From a virus (lineage: Duplodnaviria; Caudoviricetes), in IMG/VR virus record IMGVR_UViG_3300032287_000883, positions 1,564-65,563 of that record: DNA of 64,000 nt; one strand, written 5' to 3'. Of this stretch, positions 27,589 to 36,436 are shown one piece after another (position 1 is the first letter of the stretch; every line of letters starts with the position of its first letter). The translations under genes were made by a program, and so were the position numbers. Under the pieces are notes generated by a model. The model searched no databases and was not told where the DNA came from. It saw only the letters and a program-made list of their open reading frames with translations.

Positions 27589-28650
27589 ATGGAAATTCGT
27601 ATGAACGTAGAAGTATCCCTTGCTGAAGCAGAAGAACTTATCCTTGCCGTTGGTAATGAGAACGCAGTACACCTTGTAGGTGAACCCGGAATCGGTAAAA
27701 CAGCCATGTATGAAAGACTAGTAGCAAGAACTGGTTATCGTGGTGTGTATATCGACACGCCTAATACCGAGCTAGGTGACATCGGTATCCCTATGCCGAA
27801 CCATGAGACCAAGACAACATCGCTGTATCCGAACGAGTTCTGGGGTTTCCATAAGCAAGAGCCGCTGATGATCTTCATCGACGAGTTCAGTAAGCCAAGC
27901 AGCCAAGCAGTACAGAACATGTTGCATCCGTTGTTGAACGAGCGTCGCATTGGTGGCATGAAGTTACATCCTGATAGCATCGTAGTGACTGCGGGTAACA
28001 ATATGTCCGATGGTGTAGGCGACATGCTGAAAGGTCATTCGATTAGTCGTATGACTATTACTCCCGTACGCAAACCATATTGGGATGAGTATGTGGATTA
28101 CGGTACTCGCGTTGGGTTTGCTCCCGAGTTGTTGGCTTTCGTACGTCAGTATCCACAAGTCATGGCGTCTTACAAAGACCCAACACAGAAGGAGAACAAC
28201 TACATCTACAACCCAAAGACACCGCAGAACTCTTACTTCTGCCCACGTTCAGGTCATCGTGCTAGCAACATATTGAAGAAGCGCCACATGATTACGCGAG
28301 GTGCATTGGTGGCATCGTTGTGCGGCACGATTGGTGAGTCAGCAGCGCGTGACTTGATTGCGTATGTCGAAGTATCAGACAAGCTGCCAACATGGGATGA
28401 GGTTATCCGTGACCCGAAGGGTGCGAGTGTACCTACCAACGCAGCAGCGTTATGCATCATGGCGTATGGCGCAGTACAGAAGATTGATCGCGGCAACATC
28501 AGCGCATGGTTCGAGTATCTGAAACGTACACCGAAAGAGTTGCAGTCTGTGTTCTGTGTTACCACAAGTAAGAACGAGGACAAGAAGAACATCTTGATGA
28601 CGAGTTCATCGTTCGTCAACTGGATGCGTGAGAACCAATATTTATTCTAG
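27589..28650 (+). CDS. MoxR-like AAA+ ATPase
   Basis: Walker A GEPGIGKT, Walker B MIFIDEF, AGN sensor; next to a VWA gene. Confidence 0.88.
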   Translation: MEIRMNVEVSLAEAEELILAVGNENAVHLVGEPGIGKTAMYERLVARTGYRGVYIDTPNTELGDIGIPMPNHETKTTSLYPNEFWGFHKQEPLMIFIDEFSKPSSQAVQNMLHPLLNERRIGGMKLHPDSIVVTAGNNMSDGVGDMLKGHSISRMTITPVRKPYWDEYVDYGTRVGFAPELLAFVRQYPQVMASYKDPTQKENNYIYNPKTPQNSYFCPRSGHRASNILKKRHMITRGALVASLCGTIGESAARDLIAYVEVSDKLPTWDEVIRDPKGASVPTNAAALCIMAYGAVQKIDRGNISAWFEYLKRTPKELQSVFCVTTSKNEDKKNILMTSSSFVNWMRENQYLF

Positions 28651-28659
28651 GAGAAAGTT

Positions 28660-28896
28660 ATGGAAGATAACGATTCGAAAGTAGTTCACGACTTAATCGA
28701 CAAGATAGGTAACGTGATTGATGGGGCCAACATGGGGCATGTTATCCCTGCCCTTATCTATTTGTTAGCTACATCACAGAGTAACGAGATCATGTCAGAG
28801 GAACATTTTGTTAAGAGCGTAGCAGAGGATTTGCTCAACTGGTTCGTTACATTTAAGAAAGCCGAAGCGACAGGAGGTTCAGAATGGCTACAGTAA
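28660..28896 (+). CDS. Hypothetical protein
   Basis: RBS CTAGGAGAAA. Confidence 0.7.
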   Translation: MEDNDSKVVHDLIDKIGNVIDGANMGHVIPALIYLLATSQSNEIMSEEHFVKSVAEDLLNWFVTFKKAEATGGSEWLQ

Positions 28897-30158
28897 AACT
28901 ATCCGCAGAGAAGCGGGTTGAACGTGCCCATGCACAGCTAATGAGAAACAAAGATTTCTGTTTGTTCTCAGGTGTGTTCATGGTGGGTAAGGTATCGGTT
29001 AGCGATAGCGTACCAACTGCAGTAACTAACGGTAGGGACGTGACGTATGGTCGCGCCTTTGTTGATTCCCTAGATGACAAGCAACTTGCCTTTGTCGTGG
29101 TACACGAAGCTATGCACAAAGCCTACCGTCATTTGTCGGTATGGAAAGGTATAGCTAGAGAGAACCCACGCCTAGCCAACGCAGCTATGGACTTTGTTAT
29201 TAACTTACAGATCGTAGACTCCGACCCGAATGGTCAGGTAGTTACTATGCCACGCGACGCCGAAGGTAAGATGATCGGTTTGCTAGACGAGAAGTATCGT
29301 GACATGGATACCAAGCAAGTTTACGAGCTACTCAAGAAGGAGTGTGAGGGTGGCGACAGAGGCGGCGATGGTGGACAAACTGACGGTGGGTCAGGAAGTC
29401 CTACGAGTGGTAAGCAAGGCAATGGCAAACACAATGATCATGGTAGTGGCGGAGAGAATTTTGACGAACATGATTGGGAAGGTGCTAATGAATTATCTAA
29501 AGCCGATGAGGATGAGCTAACTCAGGAGATCGACAACGCGTTACGTGAGGGGGCTATTCTAGCAGGGAAAATGAAGGGCAACGTTCCACGCGGTATTGAC
29601 GAGCTACTACATCCCCGAGTTGATTGGAAAGAAGCATTGCGTATGTACGTCAAGGCAAGCGTACGTGGTGGTGACAAATCAACATGGCGTAGACCTAACC
29701 GTAGGTTCCTTGGTATGGACATCATCATGCCTAGTTCTATATCAGAGAGGGCAGGGACGATTGCTGTGGGCGTTGATCTATCAGGTTCTATCGGTGCTAT
29801 GGCAGCGCAGTTCATGGGTGAGGTTCAATCTATATGCCTTGACGTTGCGCCTGAGATAGTTGAACTACTGTATTGGGATAGCCACGTAACAAACCACGAA
29901 ACTTATCGTGATGCAGAAGTAGCTAACCTTATTAACAGCACGAAGCCCAAAGGTGGTGGTGGTACACAACCAGAGTGTGTGCCTATCTATCTCGAAGCCA
30001 AGAGCATTACGCCACAGTGCATCATCATGCTAACCGATGGTGAGTTCTATGGTGATGGGTGGAAAGAGTGGAGTCGTGTATCTGCACCTGTGTTGTGGTG
30101 TGTGGTGGGTAACAAAGACTTTGTGCCGCAGTATGGTCAATCTATTTATGTAGGGTAA
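28884..30158 (+). CDS. Metallopeptidase-VWA protein (DUF2201-like)
   Basis: PTAVTNG, HEAMH (HExxH), N.A.D..IN, Gly-rich linker, MIDAS DLSGS, GGGGT, LTDG. Confidence 0.88.
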   Translation: MATVKLSAEKRVERAHAQLMRNKDFCLFSGVFMVGKVSVSDSVPTAVTNGRDVTYGRAFVDSLDDKQLAFVVVHEAMHKAYRHLSVWKGIARENPRLANAAMDFVINLQIVDSDPNGQVVTMPRDAEGKMIGLLDEKYRDMDTKQVYELLKKECEGGDRGGDGGQTDGGSGSPTSGKQGNGKHNDHGSGGENFDEHDWEGANELSKADEDELTQEIDNALREGAILAGKMKGNVPRGIDELLHPRVDWKEALRMYVKASVRGGDKSTWRRPNRRFLGMDIIMPSSISERAGTIAVGVDLSGSIGAMAAQFMGEVQSICLDVAPEIVELLYWDSHVTNHETYRDAEVANLINSTKPKGGGGTQPECVPIYLEAKSITPQCIIMLTDGEFYGDGWKEWSRVSAPVLWCVVGNKDFVPQYGQSIYVG

Positions 30159-30171
30159 GGAGAAAATAAAA

Positions 30172-31062
30172 ATGAACGCTATAACGGAAACCCCTAAGTT
30201 TGAAACCTTTGGTATTGCATCGTCATCGTTGCTTATCGAGCTTAGTATATCTTGCTGGACTGCTAGGAAACTGGACAAGAAGGTAGGCATGGAAGTGGAT
30301 GCTTCCAAGAACACTAAGGTGAAAGCAGGTAACTACCATAAGCACCTGTTAGCAGGTAGCCCCGCGCTTGAAGCGGTGGTTAAGTATGCAGCGCAAACAC
30401 GCTTGTGGAATAACTTGAACACTATGCCGTGGTCAGACAACGGACAACGCATCGTGACAGCCGAGCATTTCTTCAATGGGTTCAAGTCGCAGATGGATGT
30501 GCATAAGAATAGCTTTGATGAACTGACTGCTAATTTCCTACAACAATACCCAACGCTAATATCTGCGGCGGCTTTTCAATTGGGTGATCTGTTTGATCGA
30601 GAGGAGTATCCCGATGTGGAGGAGATCGCGCATAAGTTTCGCTTTCACTATTCTGTTAGCCCTGTGCCGACAGCAGGAGACTTCCGCATTGACATCAACG
30701 AGCAAGCCAAAGCCGAGCTTGCTAATCAGTACGCCGAGCATTTCAATCAGCGTCTTGATGGAGCCATGCGTGACATATGGGGTAGGTTGCATGAATGTCT
30801 TACGCACATGAGCGACAGACTGACAGATAGTCAGGATGGGAAGCGTAGGATATTCCACGATACGATGCTATCAAATGCGGATAGTCTGGTGGATTTGTTA
30901 GGTCGTCTCAATGTAACGAACGACCCCAAGTTGGAAGATGCGCGTACGCAGTTACGTAGAGCGATAAGCAATGTAGAAACCGATGATCTCAAGGAACGCG
31001 AAGAAGTACGTTCTGAAGTTAAAGAGAAAGTCGATAGTATCTTAGCTAAATTTGATTGGTAA
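30172..31062 (+). CDS. Helical protein accompanying the AAA/VWA module (DUF3150-like)
   Basis: WTARKLD..K.LL..F...YP..LGDLF..EYP..KF.F; context. Confidence 0.6.
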   Translation: MNAITETPKFETFGIASSSLLIELSISCWTARKLDKKVGMEVDASKNTKVKAGNYHKHLLAGSPALEAVVKYAAQTRLWNNLNTMPWSDNGQRIVTAEHFFNGFKSQMDVHKNSFDELTANFLQQYPTLISAAAFQLGDLFDREEYPDVEEIAHKFRFHYSVSPVPTAGDFRIDINEQAKAELANQYAEHFNQRLDGAMRDIWGRLHECLTHMSDRLTDSQDGKRRIFHDTMLSNADSLVDLLGRLNVTNDPKLEDARTQLRRAISNVETDDLKEREEVRSEVKEKVDSILAKFDW

Positions 31063-31072
31063 GGGAGACAAC

Positions 31073-31936
31073 ATGCAAGTAAATAGAATACCTAATCACC
31101 ATGATCTTCCATTGTATGCACCGTTGGAGGAGATACTCACTAAGTTGTATCTCAAGATACCAAGACTTAATTTTTTATCGAGAGACGCAGGGTTCATGAA
31201 CGGCGAGCCTAACAGTATATGCGGGGTCGTTGTGTACAACGGCAACGAGAAAGTGGGCGAGATTAACGTAGAGTGGAAGATGCATAGAGGTGGTGACTAT
31301 AGCAATGTATATACCGTATATTCGCCACGTATTAAGAACCGTATATCGCCACGCAATTCTAAGGTAAGTAAGATATATGCTGAAGCATTGAAGGTAGCGG
31401 TGAAGATATTTTCTGCGACATCCTCTACGGCTGAAGTTATTGCCCATGTTAAACAGAAGATGAATACAGAGATAGGTGGCGTGCGATACAACGCAGTACG
31501 TCAAACCGAAAGGATAGGTGAAGAGTATCTTATTCCACTAATGGACTTTGTTATGGCAACACATAGAGGGGAGATGCCAACCCTTGGTGCGGGGTTGAAT
31601 AAGCTTGTAGCTCAACCCAACTTAGATAAGATGCTAAACACAGCGAGGATTGCTGCAGTTGTTGATAACGATTTTAAATCAGGCAGCGGTGTTGTCATAC
31701 GAGAGGAGCGAGACGGTACACTAACAAGTATTGAACTAGATACAAAGCTGTTTGATGATGCGCGTGTACGTAGTCTTAAGGATACGTATGCTTTACCAGA
31801 GTTGTATCAGACTAAGCTAGCTATGCTCCGTATATTAGAACATAGCCAACCAGTAGAATCTATCGGTGTTAAGTTTTCAATTGAGAATACCAATTGGTAT
31901 TACTTAACAGGCGGTGAGATAATCATAACCAGTTAA
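31073..31936 (+). CDS. Hypothetical protein
   Basis: Long ORF; RBS AAGGGAG before ATG 31073. Confidence 0.8.
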   Translation: MQVNRIPNHHDLPLYAPLEEILTKLYLKIPRLNFLSRDAGFMNGEPNSICGVVVYNGNEKVGEINVEWKMHRGGDYSNVYTVYSPRIKNRISPRNSKVSKIYAEALKVAVKIFSATSSTAEVIAHVKQKMNTEIGGVRYNAVRQTERIGEEYLIPLMDFVMATHRGEMPTLGAGLNKLVAQPNLDKMLNTARIAAVVDNDFKSGSGVVIREERDGTLTSIELDTKLFDDARVRSLKDTYALPELYQTKLAMLRILEHSQPVESIGVKFSIENTNWYYLTGGEIIITS

Positions 31937-31963
31937 CGTTCAGCAACGATAACTTCCGTTTTT

Positions 31964-32004
31964 AGGGGACAAGTTGACGGCATGTCAGTTTGTCCCCTTT
32001 TTTT
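31964..32004 (+). terminator. Terminator of the early operon, built from a 27-bp dyad site
   Basis: AGGGGACAAGTTGAC-GGCAT-GTCAGTTTGTCCCC-T7. Confidence 0.8.
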
Positions 32005-32052
32005 ATCTATCAATAATTCCAACGCGATAGCTAAAATAAATAGCAAAAGCTA

Positions 32053-32082
32053 TTGCACCCCTCCTCATTTCCATTCTATACT
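32053..32082 (+). promoter_or_regulatory. Possible promoter of the replication operon
   Basis: TTGCAC-18bp-TATACT directly after the terminator. Confidence 0.5.
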
Positions 32083-32112
32083 GAGTCCACTTGTATCTAC
32101 AGCGAGAGTGGA

Positions 32113-32403
32113 ATGTCTACCCCCGAAGGCAAAGTTAAAACCAAAGTTCGCGCTGAGTTAATGCGGCGTAGCGTTTACCATTTCATGCCCGCTACTGGTG
32201 GGTATGGTCGTAGCGGTGTCCCTGATATCGTAGGTTGTTACCGAGGACATTTCTTTGCGATAGAAACAAAAGCGGGGAACAATAAACCCACTGCGTTACA
32301 AGAGCGAGAACTCAAACAAATACGCGATGCTGGTGGCATAGCCTTTGTTATCAACGAAACTAATATAGATGAATTGGTAGCGTGGTTGGACACGCTGCCG
32401 TGA
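32113..32403 (+). CDS. VRR-NUC domain nuclease (resolvase-like)
   Basis: TPEGKVK..GVPDIV..FAIETKA..PTALQ..I..AGG.A.V. Confidence 0.88.
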   Translation: MSTPEGKVKTKVRAELMRRSVYHFMPATGGYGRSGVPDIVGCYRGHFFAIETKAGNNKPTALQERELKQIRDAGGIAFVINETNIDELVAWLDTLP

Positions 32404-32437
32404 TGACCGATTCAATGACCGTTCCCTAGGAGAAACT

Positions 32438-32887
32438 GTGAGAAAACTAATACAAAAAACTACGTACAAATTATGCAGCACCGAAGTCAAGATGTTGATC
32501 GACAAACTTGAAGAACATAGAGATGACTTAGGGCTTAGTGTCTTATCAAATAGGTTATCGCCTTCGCATGGCTTTATGCATATAGCCCGTGCCGGAAAGT
32601 TTACTTTTATGGAGAGTATTGCCTTAGCCTCTAAGCTAAATGAAATACACAGGGCAGCTACTAAGTTTTCTATAGTTGAAGCTGTCTTTCAATCTAAAGA
32701 AGAGAAAGAAATTCGCAACCGTGCGCAGTACAAGTCTCAGATGCCTAGTAAGATCATAGGTACTCAACATATAGTAGAGCAAGCAAAGGGGCTACTCGAA
32801 AAAGAATTGGCTAAAAGTTATAACAAACAGCTCAACGATCACATCAACGTTCACGTAGAAAGAGCGTGTAAGGATGGGTTGCTATGA
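32438..32887 (+). CDS. Hypothetical protein
   Basis: RBS CTAGGAGAAA, GTG start. Confidence 0.7.
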   Translation: MRKLIQKTTYKLCSTEVKMLIDKLEEHRDDLGLSVLSNRLSPSHGFMHIARAGKFTFMESIALASKLNEIHRAATKFSIVEAVFQSKEEKEIRNRAQYKSQMPSKIIGTQHIVEQAKGLLEKELAKSYNKQLNDHINVHVERACKDGLL

Positions 32888-32900
32888 ACGGAAGACGGTA

Positions 32901-34760
32901 ATGAACATAATCACAATTGATTTCGAGACGTACTACGATCAAGAGTTTAGCTTATCAAAGTTAACTACTGAGGAATACGTTCGCGATGATCGCTTTGAAG
33001 TTATCGGTGTAGCAGTCAAAGTTGGTGACAATGATACCGAATGGTTTAGCGGTGACTTTGATAGTACCAAGAAGTTCCTGATGCAATACGATTGGACTAC
33101 TCACCTTGTTCTTGCACACAACATGCTATTCGATGGCGCGATTATGTCGTGGAGGTTTGGTATCAAACCATTAGGTTGGCTTGATACGTTAGCTATGGCG
33201 CGTGCTATTGACGGTATAGAAGTTGGGAACAGCTTGGCAAAACTTGCAGATCGTTACGCGTTAGGCACTAAAGGCACTGAAGTTATTGCAGCGAAGGGGA
33301 TGCGCCGTAAGGATTTTAAGTCGGAGCAGTTAGAACAGTACGGCAATTACTGTATCAATGATGTTGAGATTACCTACAAACTATTTCACGCACTTGGGGA
33401 AGGTATCAATAAGAAAGAATTAAAACTGATTGATTTGACCCTTAGCATGTTTATCGAGCCGACGCTAGAGTTAAATCTGCCATTGCTTGAGCAGCATCTA
33501 ATTGATGTGGTTGAGCGTAAAGAAAAACTTATTGCCGAAGCAAATTCAGATAGAGAAACATTACTATCCAATCCTAAGTTTGCGGAACGCTTGCAGCAGC
33601 TTGGGGTTATACCGCCAATGAAAATTAGCCCCACTACAGGCAAAGAAACGTTGGCACTTGCTAAGAGTGATGAAGGGTTCAAAGCATTAGCCGAACATCC
33701 TGATGAACGAGTGCAAGCATTAGTCGCTGCGCGGTTGGGAACTAAGTCTACATTGGAAGAGACAAGGACACAGCGGCTCATCGACATCGCAAAGCGGGGC
33801 AAGATGCCAGTCCCACTACGCTACTACGCAGCGCACACAGGTCGTTGGGGCGGCGATGATAAGTTAAACCTACAAAACTTACCGAGCCGTGGCAAAGACA
33901 AGAACACACTAAAGACAGCGATATGCCCTCCGCAAGGATACGTGATGATTGATGCCGACTCTGCACAGATCGAAGCAAGGATTATTGCTTGGCTATCAGG
34001 ACAGAAAGATTTAGTCGTAGCCTTTGAAGAAGGTCGTGATGTGTACAAGATTATGGCGGGAAAGATTTATCGTAAATCGACAGATGACGTTTCAGAAGAA
34101 GAGCGGTTTGTAGGTAAGACCACAATTCTCGGTGCGGGTTACGGCATGGGTGCGGTGAAGTTTCAGATGCAGTTGAGTACGTTTGGCGTGTACATCCCCT
34201 TAGATTTTTGCAAGAAGATTTTAAATACCTACCGAGAAGAGTTTGGGCACATACCTAGGTTGTGGGATCAGGCGGGTAGTTGCATAGAGTTGTTAGCGCG
34301 GGGAGATATAAGGGCTGCACCGTTCGGCGTTCAACCAGATGCTACGTACTTTATGCCGGGGGTTGGGTTTGATATGCCAAGCGGTATCCCGCAAAAATAT
34401 CCGGGGATTAGGATTAGTGGACAGACAGCAGATGTTTTTCGTCACACACTTGAGATTATCTACGATACAAGAAAAGGCCCAAATCGAATCTATGGCGGTA
34501 AGGTAGTAGAGAACATTTGTCAGGGACTTGCACGGTGCGTGATAGGTGAACAGATGTTAAAGATTGCGCAGCGGTACAAGGTGGTGCTAACCGTTCATGA
34601 TGCTGTGGCTTGTATTGCACCGATAGCAGAAGCTGAAGAAGCAGCGCGTTATGTACAAGAGTGTATGCGTTGGAGACCTAAGTGGGCGGAGACATTGCCA
34701 TTGAACTGTGAAGTAAAAATGGGTGACAGCTATGGCGGCGCTAAAAAATGGAAGGGGTAG
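32901..34760 (+). CDS. polA: DNA polymerase family A with 3'-5' exonuclease
   Basis: IDFETY, AHN..FD, Y.I.DV exonuclease motifs; TGRW, NLQNLP, D.AQIEAR (A), R..GKTTILG.GYG (B), TVHD (C). Confidence 0.95.
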   Translation: MNIITIDFETYYDQEFSLSKLTTEEYVRDDRFEVIGVAVKVGDNDTEWFSGDFDSTKKFLMQYDWTTHLVLAHNMLFDGAIMSWRFGIKPLGWLDTLAMARAIDGIEVGNSLAKLADRYALGTKGTEVIAAKGMRRKDFKSEQLEQYGNYCINDVEITYKLFHALGEGINKKELKLIDLTLSMFIEPTLELNLPLLEQHLIDVVERKEKLIAEANSDRETLLSNPKFAERLQQLGVIPPMKISPTTGKETLALAKSDEGFKALAEHPDERVQALVAARLGTKSTLEETRTQRLIDIAKRGKMPVPLRYYAAHTGRWGGDDKLNLQNLPSRGKDKNTLKTAICPPQGYVMIDADSAQIEARIIAWLSGQKDLVVAFEEGRDVYKIMAGKIYRKSTDDVSEEERFVGKTTILGAGYGMGAVKFQMQLSTFGVYIPLDFCKKILNTYREEFGHIPRLWDQAGSCIELLARGDIRAAPFGVQPDATYFMPGVGFDMPSGIPQKYPGIRISGQTADVFRHTLEIIYDTRKGPNRIYGGKVVENICQGLARCVIGEQMLKIAQRYKVVLTVHDAVACIAPIAEAEEAARYVQECMRWRPKWAETLPLNCEVKMGDSYGGAKKWKG

Positions 34761-34762
34761 AA

Positions 34763-34996
34763 ATGACTAAAGACGACATTACCAGAATGGCGAAGGAAGC
34801 TGGGTTTGAAAGAACAAAAATGCATAAAGCACTTGAGCGCTTCGCCACCATAGTCGCAGAAGAAGAGCGAGAAGCGTGTGCAAAGGTGTGTGAGGCAATT
34901 GCTCAGGAAATGTATGACCAAGGCGAAGGCCCAACTGGATATATTTCGTGGGTTGCTGATTGCCACTTACGCATTCGCGCAAGGGGTCATAAATGA
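34763..34996 (+). CDS. Small phage protein (paralog of 35202..35408)
   Basis: I.RMA.EAG..ERFA..VA..EREACA..IRARG. Confidence 0.75.
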   Translation: MTKDDITRMAKEAGFERTKMHKALERFATIVAEEEREACAKVCEAIAQEMYDQGEGPTGYISWVADCHLRIRARGHK

Positions 34997-35205
34997 ACTT
35001 CGAAAATTTTATTATTAGCAAAGTCATCAAAGGTGAAGAAGCTACTATTAGTTTGGGATTGCTTGAAGATAGATATCCACCAGAAGTTCCGGCTATGCTT
35101 GCCATACGTGATTGGGCTGAAGGAGTTTGTAAACGTGTTGGTTGTGAAGCATCGATTCACATGCCTAGCAACGTAGTTACTTTTTATCCAAAGGTGATGC
35201 GATGA
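34993..35205 (+). CDS. Hypothetical protein
   Basis: ATGA-type coupling in a gene string. Confidence 0.6.
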   Translation: MNFENFIISKVIKGEEATISLGLLEDRYPPEVPAMLAIRDWAEGVCKRVGCEASIHMPSNVVTFYPKVMR

Positions 35206-35408
35206 CTAATGAAGACATTATCCGCATGGCGCGTGAGGCTGGTCTTTGTGACGATGATGGATATTCTTACACCGGCAATATGCCCGATATTGAACGCTTT
35301 GCAGCCTTAGTCGCAGCAGCAGAGCGCGAAGCGTGTGCGAAGTTTGCTTACGAAGTTACATCTTATGAGGGTATCGCTGACGCTATCCGCGCAAGGGGGC
35401 AGTCATGA
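35202..35408 (+). CDS. Small phage protein (paralog of 34763..34996)
   Basis: IIRMAREAG..ERFAALVAAAEREACA..AIRARG. Confidence 0.75.
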   Translation: MTNEDIIRMAREAGLCDDDGYSYTGNMPDIERFAALVAAAEREACAKFAYEVTSYEGIADAIRARGQS

Positions 35409-35668
35409 AAAAGAAAGTGGGTGAAGACGCCGCACGACATTGGATTAGAGGTATGCGTTCATTAGCTAACAACATACCCATCAGTCCGTTTCATTTAGCC
35501 GCAGCCGACGATATGGAGTCGTTGTTAGAAGAGGTGTTGGTATACCGTAAGTTAGTTCTTGATGATGGGGTATTGCGTCAGTTAATAGATGCAGGAGCGT
35601 TGACATCTGACCCGAAGGGGTTGAAAAGAATGAACAAAGAAGCTGAGAAGAATGGGGAGGAGTTATAA
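35405..35668 (+). CDS. Hypothetical protein
   Basis: Coupled ORF. Confidence 0.65.
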   Translation: MKKKVGEDAARHWIRGMRSLANNIPISPFHLAAADDMESLLEEVLVYRKLVLDDGVLRQLIDAGALTSDPKGLKRMNKEAEKNGEEL

Positions 35669-35851
35669 ATGAAAAAATCTGAAATATTAGCCGTTGCGTT
35701 CTACATAACCATAGCCATGTTTTCTTTGTACTACTGCGTAAAGGTTATTTCAGGAGAGCCGCAGATCATGTGTGGCGTGGCAGAGATTAGTCCAGACTTC
35801 AGCGCAGCAGACCGCATGAGGTGCAGACAAATAAGAGGGCATAAGTTATGA
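35669..35851 (+). CDS. Small membrane-anchored protein
   Basis: N-terminal TM segment; C..AEISPDF...C. Confidence 0.65.
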   Translation: MKKSEILAVAFYITIAMFSLYYCVKVISGEPQIMCGVAEISPDFSAADRMRCRQIRGHKL

Positions 35852-36246
35852 GTGATTACGACATACACAGTTGCGGGTATTACTGCAATAGACCTGCTTG
35901 CATTGAGGTGCAGCGTAATGAGTTAAGAGATAAATTGTTTTCAGATCAAGCGGTAAAGACATACTCAGGTGGCAAGCCGAACTATACGCAGCCTATAGAG
36001 CAGGAGCCGGTGGCGTACATAGATGTTGAAACGCGCACTCTGTCATGGGCAAAACTTACGCGATGGAATACGCCAACAACAGTGAAGATGGACAAGGTTC
36101 CGTTGTACACCGCACCGCCAAAGAAAGAGTGGGTGGATTTGACGGATGATGAGATGCTAATGATTTATGCGCAACCTCATGAAGGTTTTAAATATAGTCT
36201 TGGTCGTATGATACAAGCCAAGCTGAAGGAGAAGAACAATGGATAA
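35848..36246 (+). CDS. Modular phage hypothetical protein
   Basis: HSC.YYC..P.C, QEPVAY, PLYTAPP..EWV.LTD.E, AKLKEKN. Confidence 0.75.
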   Translation: MSDYDIHSCGYYCNRPACIEVQRNELRDKLFSDQAVKTYSGGKPNYTQPIEQEPVAYIDVETRTLSWAKLTRWNTPTTVKMDKVPLYTAPPKKEWVDLTDDEMLMIYAQPHEGFKYSLGRMIQAKLKEKNNG

Positions 36247-36436
36247 AGTGATGAAAGCATTTCCAAATAACAGAAGCGAAGGCATGGACTTGCGTGATTA
36301 TTTTGCGGCTAAGGCTATGCAGGTTCTTTTGGCTGAGAAAGATGACGCGGGTACAGTTTTATGGGAGCCAACGGGGGCGGCTGAATATTCTTACGAGGTA
36401 GCAGACGCAATGATGGAAGCGCGGGAAGAAAAATGA
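36239..36436 (+). CDS. Conserved small phage protein
   Basis: GMDLRDYFAAKAMQ..Y..ADAMM.AR. Confidence 0.8.
   Translation: MDKVMKAFPNNRSEGMDLRDYFAAKAMQVLLAEKDDAGTVLWEPTGAAEYSYEVADAMMEAREEK

Larger units (their letters stand above)
22623..31994. repeat. Dispersed family of ten 27-bp dyad sites GAC-N4-TGAC-N5-GTCA-N4-GTC
   Basis: Starts at 22623, 23448, 23636, 24672, 24847, 26263, 27542, 29374, 30814, 31968. Confidence 0.9.

Noticed and set aside
22623-31994. 27-bp sites as a CRISPR array, matS, or dif/attC recombination sites
   Set aside because: Spacing is irregular (0.2-1.8 kb); matS has a 3-bp centre rather than 5; spacers are mostly non-identical; no recombinase is visible
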